NCBI RefSeq assembly: GCF_009914755.1
Contig: NC_060932.1
Strand: one strand, 5' to 3'
Source of the DNA: the human T2T-CHM13v2.0 reference genome, Homo sapiens
Length of the DNA stretch: 64,000 nucleotides
Shown: piece after piece, positions 30,396 through 44,463 of the stretch
How positions within the stretch are numbered: position 1 is the first letter of the stretch
Layout: each line of letters starts with the position of its first letter
The notes under the pieces: model-generated
The model's database searches: none
The model's input: the letters and a program-made list of their open reading frames with translations, nothing else
What the model was told of the DNA's origin: nothing
Translations under genes and position numbers: made by a program

Positions 30396-31696
30396 CTAAG
30401 AGTTTTGTTTGGTGCCTCTCTTCTGCCTCCTCCCTACTTGGAGGGTCCCTGGAGGGCAAAGCTGTGTCTTAACCTTATATCCTGGCTGCACTGCATCTCC
30501 CTTGTTACTTTGCCCAACGAACACTGGTTGCAAGTGCTGAAATGAAGAAGGCACTCCTGCTACATGTAGCAGAAAATGGCTACTGACAATCGCTGTACCT
30601 GTTATTCAGTGGCCATGACCTCTGAAGTTGCACATCAAAAAGAGCCCATGTGTGGGCCAAAAATGCCAATTCTGTGCTTGATTCAGCCTCCCTAAACCTA
30701 CTTTGCATGTGATGTGTAAATTATTTTTCTCTATATTCCATATAATGCTGCACTTTTTTTTTCTCTTCAGTCTATTCCTCCCACCAAGCTTGACCTTTCT
30801 TCATCCCGATCTTTCCCTTCCTGTCTTTAGCATTATAAAAGGGAATTTCTCTGTTGGTTTTTCGTTTTCTGCCCTCTCGACTTGGTTCCTTTTGCTCTTT
30901 ATCCTTTCTTTTTTCTCACTTTTGTGTTGCAACCTCAATGAATGGTATTGTCAGGGAGCATGATCTTCTGGTTAGTAGAGTTTGTGTTGTTTAACTGACA
31001 TTCTACTCTTTCAAACAGTGCAAACTTTTTCTGGTGGGTAATGTTTCTGGAATAGATAGGTAGTGAAGAAGTACTTTAGGTTGATCTTTATTTATCTGTT
31101 TAAATTCTGTACTATGAGATCTATATAAAAGAATCTACATGACATATATGTAATAAATATGTAAATGATATATATATATAAAAATTATAAAGCATAATAA
31201 AATGAATACCTCTGAACCCACCTTCCATCTTAGGAAGTAGAACATTGAAAATGCTGTTAAAATCTTGTATTCTACTCAGTGTTTCTTTGATGCCTGCCAA
31301 TCCTGCCTTAGGATCACCATTATAAGCATCAATTATGACTGTACAATATGATGGATGCATAATGTAATGCTTTAGTCAAAATATAAAATAAGCCTCTGAG
31401 TTGCTTCTTGCATCTGTCATCTCTTCTCCTTCCCAGATGTCGCTGCTGTGGCATGGGCCTTGAGGAGCTCATCTATACCACGACAAGAGCACCCTCATTT
31501 GTCTCTCGGTCTCCTTTTTCACCCAAGGTTGAACCAGGAGCTGGATACAGAGGCAGGCCTCTAGGAGGGTATGAGTAGGGGGGGATTCAGTCCATACAGA
31601 CAAGAAAATATGTGTATCAATTAGAAATATGCTGTTAGTTCAGTTTTCATATAACTCCAAATAACTAGCAAAATATGAATTGATTCTATTTACCTG

Positions 31697-32273
31697 CCGC
31701 ACTAGTTTCCAATTGTTCTGTGACAAATTACTACAAATTAAGCATCTTAAAACAATGCACATTTATTATCTCATAGTTTGTGTTGGGCAGGATTTCAACG
31801 CAAAGCTTGGCTGCATTCTCTGCTCAGCCTCTCATATGGCTGCAGTAAAGGCATTGGCTGGGATTGCACTCTCATCTGGAGGCTCAACTGGGGAGGAATC
31901 CACTTCCAAGCTTATTCAGGTTGTTGGCAGAATTGATTTCCTTGTGGTTATATCAATGAGGGTCTCACTTTTTTTGCTGGCTAGTGGCTGGAGGCTGATC
32001 CTGAGTTCTTGGGGTCACCTGCAGTTTTTCTTGCCACATGGGCTTCTCCATCATGGCTGCTTGCTTCATTGCTGCACGGAGAGTCTCTGGCTTCTGTCTG
32101 CTAAGGTGAAGTCTTATGTGATGTAACATAATCAAGGAGAGTGACATCCCATCACCTTTGTCATATTCTGTGGGTCACAGGACCTGCCTACACTCAAGGG
32201 GAGGGGATGACACAGTGGCATAAACACCAGAAGGGGAATCACTGGGGGTCATCTTAGCAGTCTATCTACTACA
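31697..32273 (-). mobile_element. MLT1E-like MaLR LTR
   Basis: caaattactacaaa...catctggaggctcaactggggaggaatccacttccaagc...gggtcatcttag...ctactaca. Confidence 0.8.
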
Positions 32274-32861
32274 TATACCTAAGTGGATAGTGCTTTGGAG
32301 CAGGAAAAAAATCCTCATCAGGCAGATAATTTTGTTGGGGTTTCTTCCCAAAGATTGTGTGATTATAATTAACTGAAAGTTGGCGTTCTACTGAAATTTT
32401 AAAACCAAATGATGCATTATGTGGTGCTGAGTATTTGGAAGGAGAGATTTATTTTATTATTTAAATTTTAAACCCTAAATATACTCCCCAAAGTGCTTTA
32501 GTTAAAAAAAATTATAAAGTAGATCTGATGAGAGAAAAAGTATATAGTAGAGGGAACTATTTTTCCAATTTTAGAAAAGACAATTGATTCTGTTTGGGCT
32601 AGGAAAAATTAATCTGGTCCTGAATATGATTTTTTCAAGAGAAAATTCATTTCTCCCTGTTTACATTAAATAAGTGTTGAACCACAAAAATCCTGGTTTA
32701 CAGGGATACAAGTTAATTAGTCAGCCCAGCGTACTTGTCAACTTTTGCCCTAACTTTCACACTGTCATTAAAGCTATCTGTCTTAAACACAAACTTGGTT
32801 TTGTCACCTTTCTGATAAAAGCCTCTGAGAATTTCCCATTGCCCATAGGATCAACTTTGTC

Positions 32862-33018
32862 TTTTTTTTTTTGAGACAGAGTTGTGCTCTGGCACCCAGG
32901 CTGTAGTGCAGTTGGGCAATCATAGCTCACTGCAGCTTCAAACTCCTGGCCAAAAGCAATCCTTCCACCTTGGCCTCCCAAAGCTCTGGGATTACAGGCA
33001 GGAGCTACTGTACCTGGT
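32862..33018 (-). mobile_element. AluJ-derived monomer (internally recombined/FLAM-like)
   Basis: gagacagag...ctcactgcagcttcaaactcctgg...ttggcctcccaaagctctgggattacagg. Confidence 0.75.
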
Positions 33019-33429
33019 CTTAAATCTTAAGCCTGATATTTATGAATCTTCAAAAATTGGCTCCCTTCTACACTTACCATCTTCCTCTCCTTTCATTCCC
33101 CTTGCTCCATCCAATGCTGTGAGCAAACCACACAGTTTCATAAACCTCATTGTTCCTCTTTCTTGTCCCTGCCTCTGCACAGGTTATGCCCTCTACTTGG
33201 TGTGTATCTACTCACTCTTTCGGAGTTCCAGAGACTTTGCTTCTAGGCCCCAAGGAGAGATGTATCTATTTCTCTTACCAATAGATTCCTTGGGGATAGT
33301 GCCTGACACACAGTAAGTACTCAAGTATTGCCTGAATACGTAAATCTCAGATTTGTCTTATTTAAAATGAGGGATTAGATGAAATGATGGTTCCTTATAG
33401 CTCTAAATTTTAAAAAATCATCACATGGA

Positions 33430-34010
33430 TTAAGAGAATGTAAGACTGCGTATAAATAAACTGTGTGGAACAGATTCTAAATGCTACAGGGTTTCAGAGG
33501 AAGAAGGTATTATTCTGTGCTGGAATAGTCAAGAACATTTTTTGCTAAAGGAGGTGGAATTTGAAATAGGTATTGAAAGATGAGAGGGAGTTTGAGCCCT
33601 TGCTAACATGATGCCTTCTTTATAGTAGGCCCTCATTAAGTTTACTGATTTGAATTGAAATGTAGACAAACGAGGAGGAGGAAAGACTTTGCAAATGAAT
33701 TAAAGTAAGACCAGGAGCTCCAGTGCAGGAATGAGCACTGGTAAATGTGGACTAGGAGGACATTTTCCTGAGCAAAGTGTGTTCTGGCCAATAGTGAAAA
33801 CTAATAGTGGCTCTGTAGGTTGAAGTGAGATTATGGAAGATCTGAAAATGAAGGAGTGCAGTTTGGATTGGTATGGTAGGCAATAGTGAGCCATGACATC
33901 TCCTCTAAATAGGATGATGTTATAGTATTTTAGGTTTATTAGTCTGATGCTGGTAAGCAGGCTAGATGGGCAAAGAAGAGGATAGTCGGGGAGATTCGGT
34001 AGGAGGCCTT
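33430..34010 (-). mobile_element. L2 fragments
   Basis: aaatgctacagggtttcagaggaag...gaggtggaatttga...gtaggcaatagtgagccat. Confidence 0.55.
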
Positions 34011-34262
34011 AACTTGGATAAAAATAGTTCCTAAAATTTTTACACCTCTCTGATTTAGAAGATACCCACTAAGCCTACAAGAGAGGTTACCACAAGCCTT
34101 GTAGGAAGGTAGAGAAGATATTAATATTTTAGGAGATATTAATATTCTTATTTTACATGAGAACTGTGATTCAATCTGAATTAGCCCAAGGTGATATAGC
34201 TGGTAAATGGTACATGGTAAACGGTGTCACTGGAACTCATACCTACTTTTTTTCTTAACTTC

Positions 34263-34694
34263 TGTGGATGATTACTTTTATGTGTCAACCTGACTGGACT
34301 AAAGGATGCCCAGATGGCTGGTAAAACATTATTTCTGGATATATTTGTGGGGGTGTCTCTGCACGAGATTAACATTTGAATCTGTAGAGTGAGTAGAGGA
34401 TCACCCTCATCAATACATGTGGGCATCACCCAAACTGCTGAGGGTCTGAATAGAACAAAAGGGCAGAGGAAGGGCAAATGTGCTTCTGTTTCAGCTGGGA
34501 CATCCATCTTCTCCCGCTGCTGTGGTTCTCAAGCCCTCAGACTCGGACTGGGAGACTGGGATTTACACCACTGCCCGCCTTCCCTCAGTTCTCAAGAAAG
34601 AACAGATTAAACCACTGGCTTTCCTGCAGTGATAGGTGTCTCTCTCTCTCTCTCAAGAAAGAACTGATTAAACCACTGGCTTTCCTGCAGTGAT

Positions 34695-34748
<54 letters not shown>

Positions 34749-34778
34749 CTGTTTCTCGGAAGAGCCCTAACTAATACA
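34263..34778 (+). mobile_element. MLT2B-like (ERVL) solo LTR with internal duplication and (CT)n
   Basis: tgtggatgattacttttatgtgtcaacctgactgg...ccctaactaataca; perfect TSD ACTTC. Confidence 0.88.
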
Positions 34779-35196
34779 ACTTCTAAGCCCAGTATTCCTG
34801 CCATTAAGAAAAAGACATTTCAAACATTAAAACTGAGGAAGCTATGCAACTTTATAAGATATGTGTATCAGCATAATGTAGTGGAAAGAGCCCTGGCCCA
34901 GATATCAGGAATTTAAATCCTAGTCCCCAGGCTAAGGCAACCAGTGTGGCCTTCAATAGAAACATTCTTCTGTGGTCAGCTTCCTTTTCCTCATCTGTCA
35001 CAGGGCAGTTGTGCTCAAGTTCATTCTGGCTCACTCGTCTTGGAATTTATGTGTCATCGGCTAGAAGTTTCAATGACCCAGTGAAGCTGGCATCATGGCA
35101 GCACAAACAAAAAACAACGAAAAACTGGAGGAGATGGTTCATTTTTGGGCCAAGGGTGATGAGTTCAGGTTTGCACATTAGGAAAAAGCTAAAGGG

Positions 35197-35954
<758 letters not shown>

Positions 35955-37249
35955 GCGGAAGTGACTAGGGAGGGAGGACGAGTATTTTTTGAGCCCTTTG
36001 TGTGCATCAGGCATTGAAGTCACAATAAACTGGTAGGGGTAACGGTGTGCTCATCATTTCATATATTAGGAAAATAAACCTAAGAGCAGAAGTAACTTGC
36101 CCAAAGTGACATAGTCAGGAATTGAGACTGGGGGCTGTGTGCGTGCTTATGCATCATGCATATGCTGTGCTGAAAGGCAAAAGCCCACAAGAAGCCTACG
36201 CAGCGACATCATCACACAATGCTGGAAAACCAGGAAAAAATGTGTATGTGTACAAATCAATGGACCAGGGAGTTGGCAATGGGGAAGACCTTCAAGTGAA
36301 TGGCCAGGACCAACTGTGTATCAGTAGCAGGTGCTTTTTCCACGTGCTATTTCATGAAACACTCACAAAACACCCTGCAAGGTAAATTTTATTCTGCTTC
36401 TTTTTATGGTTAACAAAGGGAGGCTTCAATTAAGAAAGCACCTTGCCCCAAATACTATAGCTAGTTAATGCCGGAGCTAAGATTTAAATATAGAGCCTGC
36501 CTCCTGTGATTAAGAAAAACAAAACATTTTTATTTTAAAAAAGGAAGACCCAGAGAAGGGCATAATTTAACCATCACTTGGCAGTATATGACCCCACCAC
36601 ACAGAAAGGATCAAAGTTAGCTTTGTGGCATGAATGTTTATATAATTATTTGTTCTCCAGGTGTTTAGCTCAGTCCTGGACATATTATAGGCACCCAATG
36701 GATACTTGTGTAGTGAAATCTGACAGTGGGACAGAGGCGCTTCTGTGTAAGGTTAACTAAAAAGGCTGAAACCCTTAAAGTCTAGATGATGAAGGCTGAG
36801 ATCTGATGGGGCTCAAGTATAACAAAGTCCATTCTCTCTTTGAAGCATTTCAGCAGGATGAATGAATCACCAGTCTCCTCCCTTTCTCCCCTTCCTGACT
36901 GCCCAAAGCACATACCCATAACACCGTGCCCTTGGGCCCTTAGCACTTTACTTCACCCTGCTGTCTTGACTGTAGGGGCTCCCACTGCCTCCAGCATCAA
37001 GCATAACTTTCTAGGGTGCCCTAGCCTTCTCCCTACCTGCATCTTCCCTCTCTAGCCTCATCCCTTGTCCATGCAAATCTTTGTCTCCGGTCAGCCTGAT
37101 GCCCTGATGGGAGCCCGTGGAATCCTTATCTCACACCCATCCCTCCCCTTGCCTACATCTCTGTCCAGAGCTCCAGCATTTTGGTGAACTCGCCCCGCAC
37201 CCCGTAATGCCTTCTTTAACTCTTCCTGCTCCTCTCCCTAATTATTTTG

Positions 37250-37746
37250 TTACTATTGCCAGTGCCACTCCATTTGCACTTAGAATAAAATAAAAATTCC
37301 TTAGCACAATTGGAATGCCTCTTTCTTCCATCTCAGTCTCCCTTGGATCCCCTCTCCTTTTTGCCTATGATGTCACATACTGGCCTCCCTCAGGTCGAGG
37401 AGCTCACAGCTCAGGCCCTGACATGGGTATTTTTCTGCATTTGGACCCTGCCATCACCAAAAATAGTCCCTCCTATTTCAATTACAGCTTAAATGTCACC
37501 TTAGAGTTGGCTTCCTGATTCCTCATGTTTCAGTAGATCCCATTTTTTTTAAACCTCTTGGTTTTTAAAAAACCTTTTATAAATGCTTTCTTGTTTTCAT
37601 CTTTATAATTATTCATTTGTATGTTTAGTTGATCACTATCTGCCACTTCCGCTAGAGTCAGCTCCATGTACAATGTGTTTTGTTTTCAGCACCTAGCATG
37701 ATGCCTGACATGTAGTAGGTGCTTACATACTTGTTCACAAATGAAT
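37250..37746 (+). mobile_element. L2 3' end
   Basis: cagcacctagcatgatgcctgacatgtagtaggtgcttac...aaatgaat tail. Confidence 0.7.
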
Positions 37747-38421
37747 CTCTTATGTTAAACTCTCTAATCACTAATTGTTCTGTAAATCTGAGCGTCACTT
37801 CATGACTTATCTATAATGCTATTTTGTTGACTCATATTGGTGGGCGTCTATTTCATGTCTTCAATAGGACTGTACATTGCAGAAATGATCTCTTATATTT
37901 CTTTGTACCAAAAGAAGTTAGATGCAAAGAATCAATGAAGTTAGACTTAATTTGGTGTCTGTCACATTCTGAATTACTATAACCAGGATACGTGTCTAAA
38001 CTTGAAGGAGACATCACAGTGGGGTTTCATGTTACTTAGGGTCCTGGTAGTATTGGTTGGGATCTAAGGTCTGCACTGAGCCTAAGAACTGTGTATACCC
38101 CAAATTTTCTTTGCACTGGAGACATCATATCACTTGGCCAAAAGGCCAACTGAGCCAGCATCAGATACAATCTTGTATCTTTGGTTGAGGACCAGAGAAA
38201 AGACTTGGCTTGAATTGGGAGGGCATGTGGGAAGACAAACACAAGGCTTTAAGTCCTAGAATCCCACTTTGTCTGGGAAGGCAATCATATTAGGAACTAA
38301 GGAACAGAGGTCTACAGTGTTCTATTTCCCATCTCACACTCAATCTGGGGACATGTGCTCTATGCTCATTCTCGGAAGTGGCCTGTATGATTTGATTTGC
38401 TATTGCTTGATCTTCATTTTC

Positions 38422-38723
38422 TTTTTTTTTTTTTTTTTTGAGACAAGGTTTCACTCTGTTGTCCAGGCTGGAGTGCAGTGGTGCAATCACAGCTCACTGA
38501 AGCCTCGACCTCCTGGGCTCAAGTGATCCTCCCACCTCAGCCCCCCAAGTAGCTGGGACTATGAGTGCATACCACCATGCCAGGCTAATTTTAATATTTG
38601 TTTTTTCAAAGACAGAGTCTTGCTATGTTGCCCAGGCTAGTTTCCAACTCCTGGTTTCAAGAGATCCTTCCGCCTTGGCCTCCCAAAGTGTTCGGATTAC
38701 AGGCGTGAGCCACTGCACCTGGC
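38422..38723 (-). mobile_element. AluJ
   Basis: T tail followed by a dimer. Confidence 0.88.
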
Positions 38724-39049
38724 GATCCTTATTTTCTTTTGGTTGGGCATGATTAGTTGACTCCACACACGGTAAGTGTACGTATGATAAAGTTACACTG
38801 TACTCTGCTCTTTGGGGAGTAAATACATGAAGCTTTTTATCCTTACTTAGACAATACAGTGGATAAAAATATAAAGAAGCTCAAGAAGGGTTTAAATCAA
38901 TTCACAGATGTCGGAGTTATAACTAGTTTTTAAGAGACAAAAAACTTCACAAAATACTCCTCAGTGATGTTGCTGTTAGAGAATACAGATGTACCTACCC
39001 CCGCCGATTCTTACCGATCTCTGTGACACTACATATGGGTGCATATTCC

Positions 39050-39650
39050 CTGCGACCTCCCCAAACTTCCCCCCAAACATTTATTATCTTTCTCCCATCC
39101 TTGTTCCTACTCACAGCATTTCTCTCCACCATTACCACCACCCTACAGGTAATCACTTTGTTTCTTAGGTCTCTTTCCAGAGTTGCTTTATGCAAATACA
39201 AACAAATAAGAAAAGATAACCTTATCTCTTCCCCTTTCTTACAGAAAATGCAGCATGTTCTATTGTTTTGCACTTTGAGTTTTGTGTAACAAAGCATCCT
39301 GCAACTCTTTGTATATCATTAAAAAGAAAACTATCATTTTTCAACATCACTGCACCATATTCTGTTGTGTGGATGTACCATAATTTATTTAACTAGTTCC
39401 CCTTTGGGTGGACATGTGGGTTTTTTCCTTCCATTCTTTCTCTCAATTGTAAGCAATGCTACATGAATAAACTTGTACACACATACTTTCTGACATCTAT
39501 GTATTTATCTGTAAGATAAAGTCCCATAAAAGGGATGGCTGTCTCAAAGGGTACCTGCATTTGAAATTTTGGTAAGTAGTGCCAAATTCCCTTTCATAAA
39601 GATTTTACCATTTTGTACCACCAGCAACAAAGTATGAGAGTGCTTGCTAA
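39050..39650 (-). mobile_element. L1ME-type 3' fragment
   Basis: tgtggatgtaccataatttatttaac...gccaaattccctttc...caccagcaacaaagtatgagagtgc. Confidence 0.7.
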
Positions 39651-40019
39651 CACTTCAATTCTTAACGTCGAATACAGAAATGTAGCTTCCAGGGATAATG
39701 GGTTCTATGAGCTTACTCCTCAGCACTCAAAGAAGTCCTGTTTCTATAGAAGTCAATAAGATACAAGGCACAGAATTGATGAGGATGACATCCACCTACT
39801 CTTTTGAAGCTTTATGTAGGCTCAAACTAGGAAAATCTTACGAAAAATGTATAAGACAGCCTCTTTGTAATGCTTTTGCTGAGGCCTATCCCCATATTGG
39901 AATTGAGGTGTTCTGTTTCCTAGCTGCATACCAGCATTGTAATAGGGTCCCTACTCTGACTAACACAGTAACACTAATTTCATTTGGAAGTGCCAGTAGC
40001 TGCCTGGCCCAGGACAATG

Positions 40020-40235
40020 GCAGGGTAAGTAGCAGGCTTTGGAATTACACCTGCCTGGATTCTAATCTATGGCTCCCCTTACCCATGTGACTCTGGGTAA
40101 CTCATTTGGCAGACTCGAGTCTGTTTTCTAGACCATTAAAATGGGAATACTAATCCTCATGCGTTTTTGGACTGCCATATAATTAAAAGGAGTCACGTAT
40201 GGGAGACTGTTTAGTACATAATAGCATTCAACACT
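40020..40235 (+). mobile_element. MIR
   Basis: caggctttggaattacacctgcctggattctaatc...aaaatgggaatactaat. Confidence 0.7.
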
Positions 40236-43071
40236 AACTTTCCTTTGTGCCTTTCTGAAAATAGAGAATTGGGAAGAAAAACCCCAAAGGGCTTCTAAAC
40301 ATTTAAAATTTATGTCACAATTTCTGTATGTTAAAGCTTTTTAACTTTACTCATAGAAGAGGCTCTAAAAATCTATTTAGTATTATTTTACATGTAACTC
40401 CAACATGCTTTGTTATTTGGCTTCTCTGTCTATATTAAAGTGTAAATACAGGGGCCAAAGTTGTTAATTAACTGAATAAACAAAGAAAGCAGAGATTAAA
40501 AAATACTGTTAGAAAAAACCACCACTGCTACCACCACCACCACCAACCTCAACAACAGTTGGTGCTTAGCAGGCCGGCACAGGCACATAAATAGTTAGAG
40601 CCTCTTAGCATAAGGCCACTTCAAGGTCAAGTTGTCAAGAAAAGGTCAACTTTCTGCCTGATGTGCAGAGCACAAGCCAATGGGCAATGCATTTCTTTCA
40701 CTTTCCCCCCACTTTAAAGTTTTGAGGTATCTCCGTAATGATTGAATTTTATGGAGATTTACATCATAAAATGTAAAATACATTTTTTTTGGCACTTAAA
40801 GGTGAAATTTCAGTTATCTGGAAAATTAATTTGCACTAATTTAATCAATACTTATAGAGTGCCCACTATGTGTTCAGCATTGTGCTAAGTGCTGGCTTAC
40901 TTGGAACAAAAATCACCCCCAAAATTCTAGGTAAAAGTGTGCCATCCAAAGCACAGTCCAGATTTATGTTAACTTTTCAGTGAGTCTTCATGAGAGGTTT
41001 ATTATCATTGTAACTGATTTTAGAGCCTTCTGGGTTCCATAATGTATCCTTCTTCCAAAGAAAGTAGAAGGACAAAATTGTTGAAACAGCAAATGTAAAG
41101 TTGAAGTCACTTGACAGTCTGAGAATCTTACATATCTACTTGAAACTTCAATTGTAATAAACACTTTTGACTCATAAGCTCATTTGTCAGCCTTATATAG
41201 CGAGTGTAATTTACTTAGCTAATTTCACTAGTTTATGTTCTTTCAGGGCACACAGAAATAGGAATCATAAATACACCATTACTGCCCGCTTTTGTATCTC
41301 ATTTCACAGCCTCGTAGCTTAAATAGAGAAAATATATTTGAAAGCACAAATTAATTGCACCTATTTTCTAGAAGTATTTCAAAATGCTTTCTTTTATTAG
41401 AGATACCAAATACACTCAGCGATAGAATTTAAGTAGAAACATGTCAGTATTATGCAAACATAATAATAACAACAGTAATAATAATAGCAGTTACTCTCTA
41501 GTGCTTAGCTGCCTATCAGGTATCATATTGAGATCCTTGAAAGGATTACCACCTTTACTCTGCCCAGCAACTTTTCAGAAAAGTCACTGTTGTTATTTCT
41601 ATTATATCAAGGTGAAAACTGAGATTTGAAGAGGTAATCTTGCTCACATTATTCATGTTACTATTTTAGTGAAATTGGGGTTCATACCTGGGCAATCCTA
41701 CTCTATATTTATGCCATGTAAGGTGTTATTCATTCAAATTCAGCAAAGAAACAGAATCCCATCTATATGCAGAAATAATCTTTACCTGCTGGCCTTAAGT
41801 TTTACTACCATAGGGAGTATGAGGCTTACATATGAGTATGAGTTTTACATACCATAGGGAGTATGAGGCTTAAATCATAGCATGAAATACATGGATACAG
41901 TTATATGGCTTGTTTCTAAAAGTTGATTTTGGAATCACTCCCCTCTTCCCAATGTATGGGAGTAAAAATTCACTATTAGTAATTTTTCTAAAGTCTTCAG
42001 AGATTTCACACTGGCATATATACTCATGAAAAGCTGTGTCCTAAAATGTAGTATCCCCATCTACCCTGCCACTCCCAAAACTCATAGGTGCCATAGTATT
42101 CAATAGTATCAAAGTAACTATTGAAGTTGTCAAACGCACCTTTCTGCCATAGAACCTCCAGCCATATAAATATTACCTAATTTGTACTCTTAACATTCTA
42201 AAGACAGTTATTGGCATTATTAGAAGACTTTAGTGAAGGGAGAAGTAGACAGAATCACAAAAATGAGTTCAAAAATCTAGGGAAGTCAATGAGAAAATTC
42301 AGGGATTTTTTTCCCCCTCATTCTTTTTTTAACTGTAAAATGTTCATTTCATCTGATCAGGAACAACTGTAACCATGTAGCTTGCCCTATTTTGGCTATC
42401 TGGCTTCAAAAATACTTTCACTGGAAGATCATTGTAATTCAAATCCATTCAGTGCTGTTTCACTTTTGTAATTTGTTAGCTAAGTTTAAGTAGTGTATCC
42501 TGCACCTACTTTAATGATATAGCACATTGATAACATTTTTTTCCTTATTTAAAGCAATGTTTACCCACAGCGCCTTAGCACCAAAAAAATTCTAAAAGGC
42601 ACTCCTTACACATTTAAATAACCTGAACAAATAATTGATACAGGTTAAGCCCTGGCTAGTTCTGCATTTTCCAAATTAAGATCACAGAATTTAAAAATTG
42701 CATATTAAAAAAAAAGTTGGTAGAATATATTTCCATAGGGCAGAAAATATATTCAAGGTCACAATATGCCCATTCATTCCTTGCTCCAACATGTAAGACC
42801 CAACCAGGCTGATTTCCAATTGAATTTTGCCTGAAGCTTTTTTAAGGTAATGATGGAAACTTTATTACAAAAGGTGGTTAAGTTGTCAGTGACAGGAAAA
42901 TCAGGAGGTCAACAGAGGTAAGAGGAGAGGTGTCTAAATGGAAGTGAGAATCAGTAACTTGATTGTGAAAATCTGACTTATGTAATTTTTAAAGACCCTC
43001 AAAATAAGAGAAGAATAAGAGAAATTTAAAAGAAAATAGAAACAGCCAAAGAGGTGAGACATAGACATTTT

Positions 43072-43185
43072 GATTGGGGGGGGGTGTTGTCTAACTACAC
43101 AATGAGGTCATCCCATCTCCCGGAAGTGACACGTAATCACCTGCTTTGCACTAGCTCCGCCCCTTCCCTCAGAGGTCCCGCCCCT
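43072..43185 (+). promoter_or_regulatory. Distal promoter module: inverted CCAAT, CRE-like, ETS and GC boxes
   Basis: GATTGG at about 43072-43077, TGAGGTCA 43103-43110, CCGGAAGTGAC 43120-43130, CCGCCC boxes at about 43158 and 43178. Confidence 0.6.
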
Positions 43186-43442
43186 CCACCAGCAGCCGGG
43201 AGGGTGTTAGGGGGCGTTTCTCCAGGAGGAAAGCTGTGAGCTGCGACGCTGAGGAAGGGGACCCCAAAACGTCTGGCACTGCCCCCTCCAGGGATCACTT
43301 TGGACCGCCTCACTCGGGCCAGCCGGATTCTGAAACGCCGAGGGGTCAACCTGATGGGTTTCGGGGTCAACGGAAGAGGGGAAGGGGAGCCCTGGCGGGG
43401 AGAACCCCCCGGTCCCCCGCCCAGCAGCTGAGGCACAGGAGG

Positions 43443-43454
43443 GCGGCCATCTTG
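43443..43454 (-). promoter_or_regulatory. YY1 motif (CAAGATGGCCGC on - strand)
   Basis: GCGGCCATCTTG on the + strand. Confidence 0.7.
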
Positions 43455-43467
43455 GCCGGGAGGGTAG

Positions 43468-44463
<996 letters not shown>

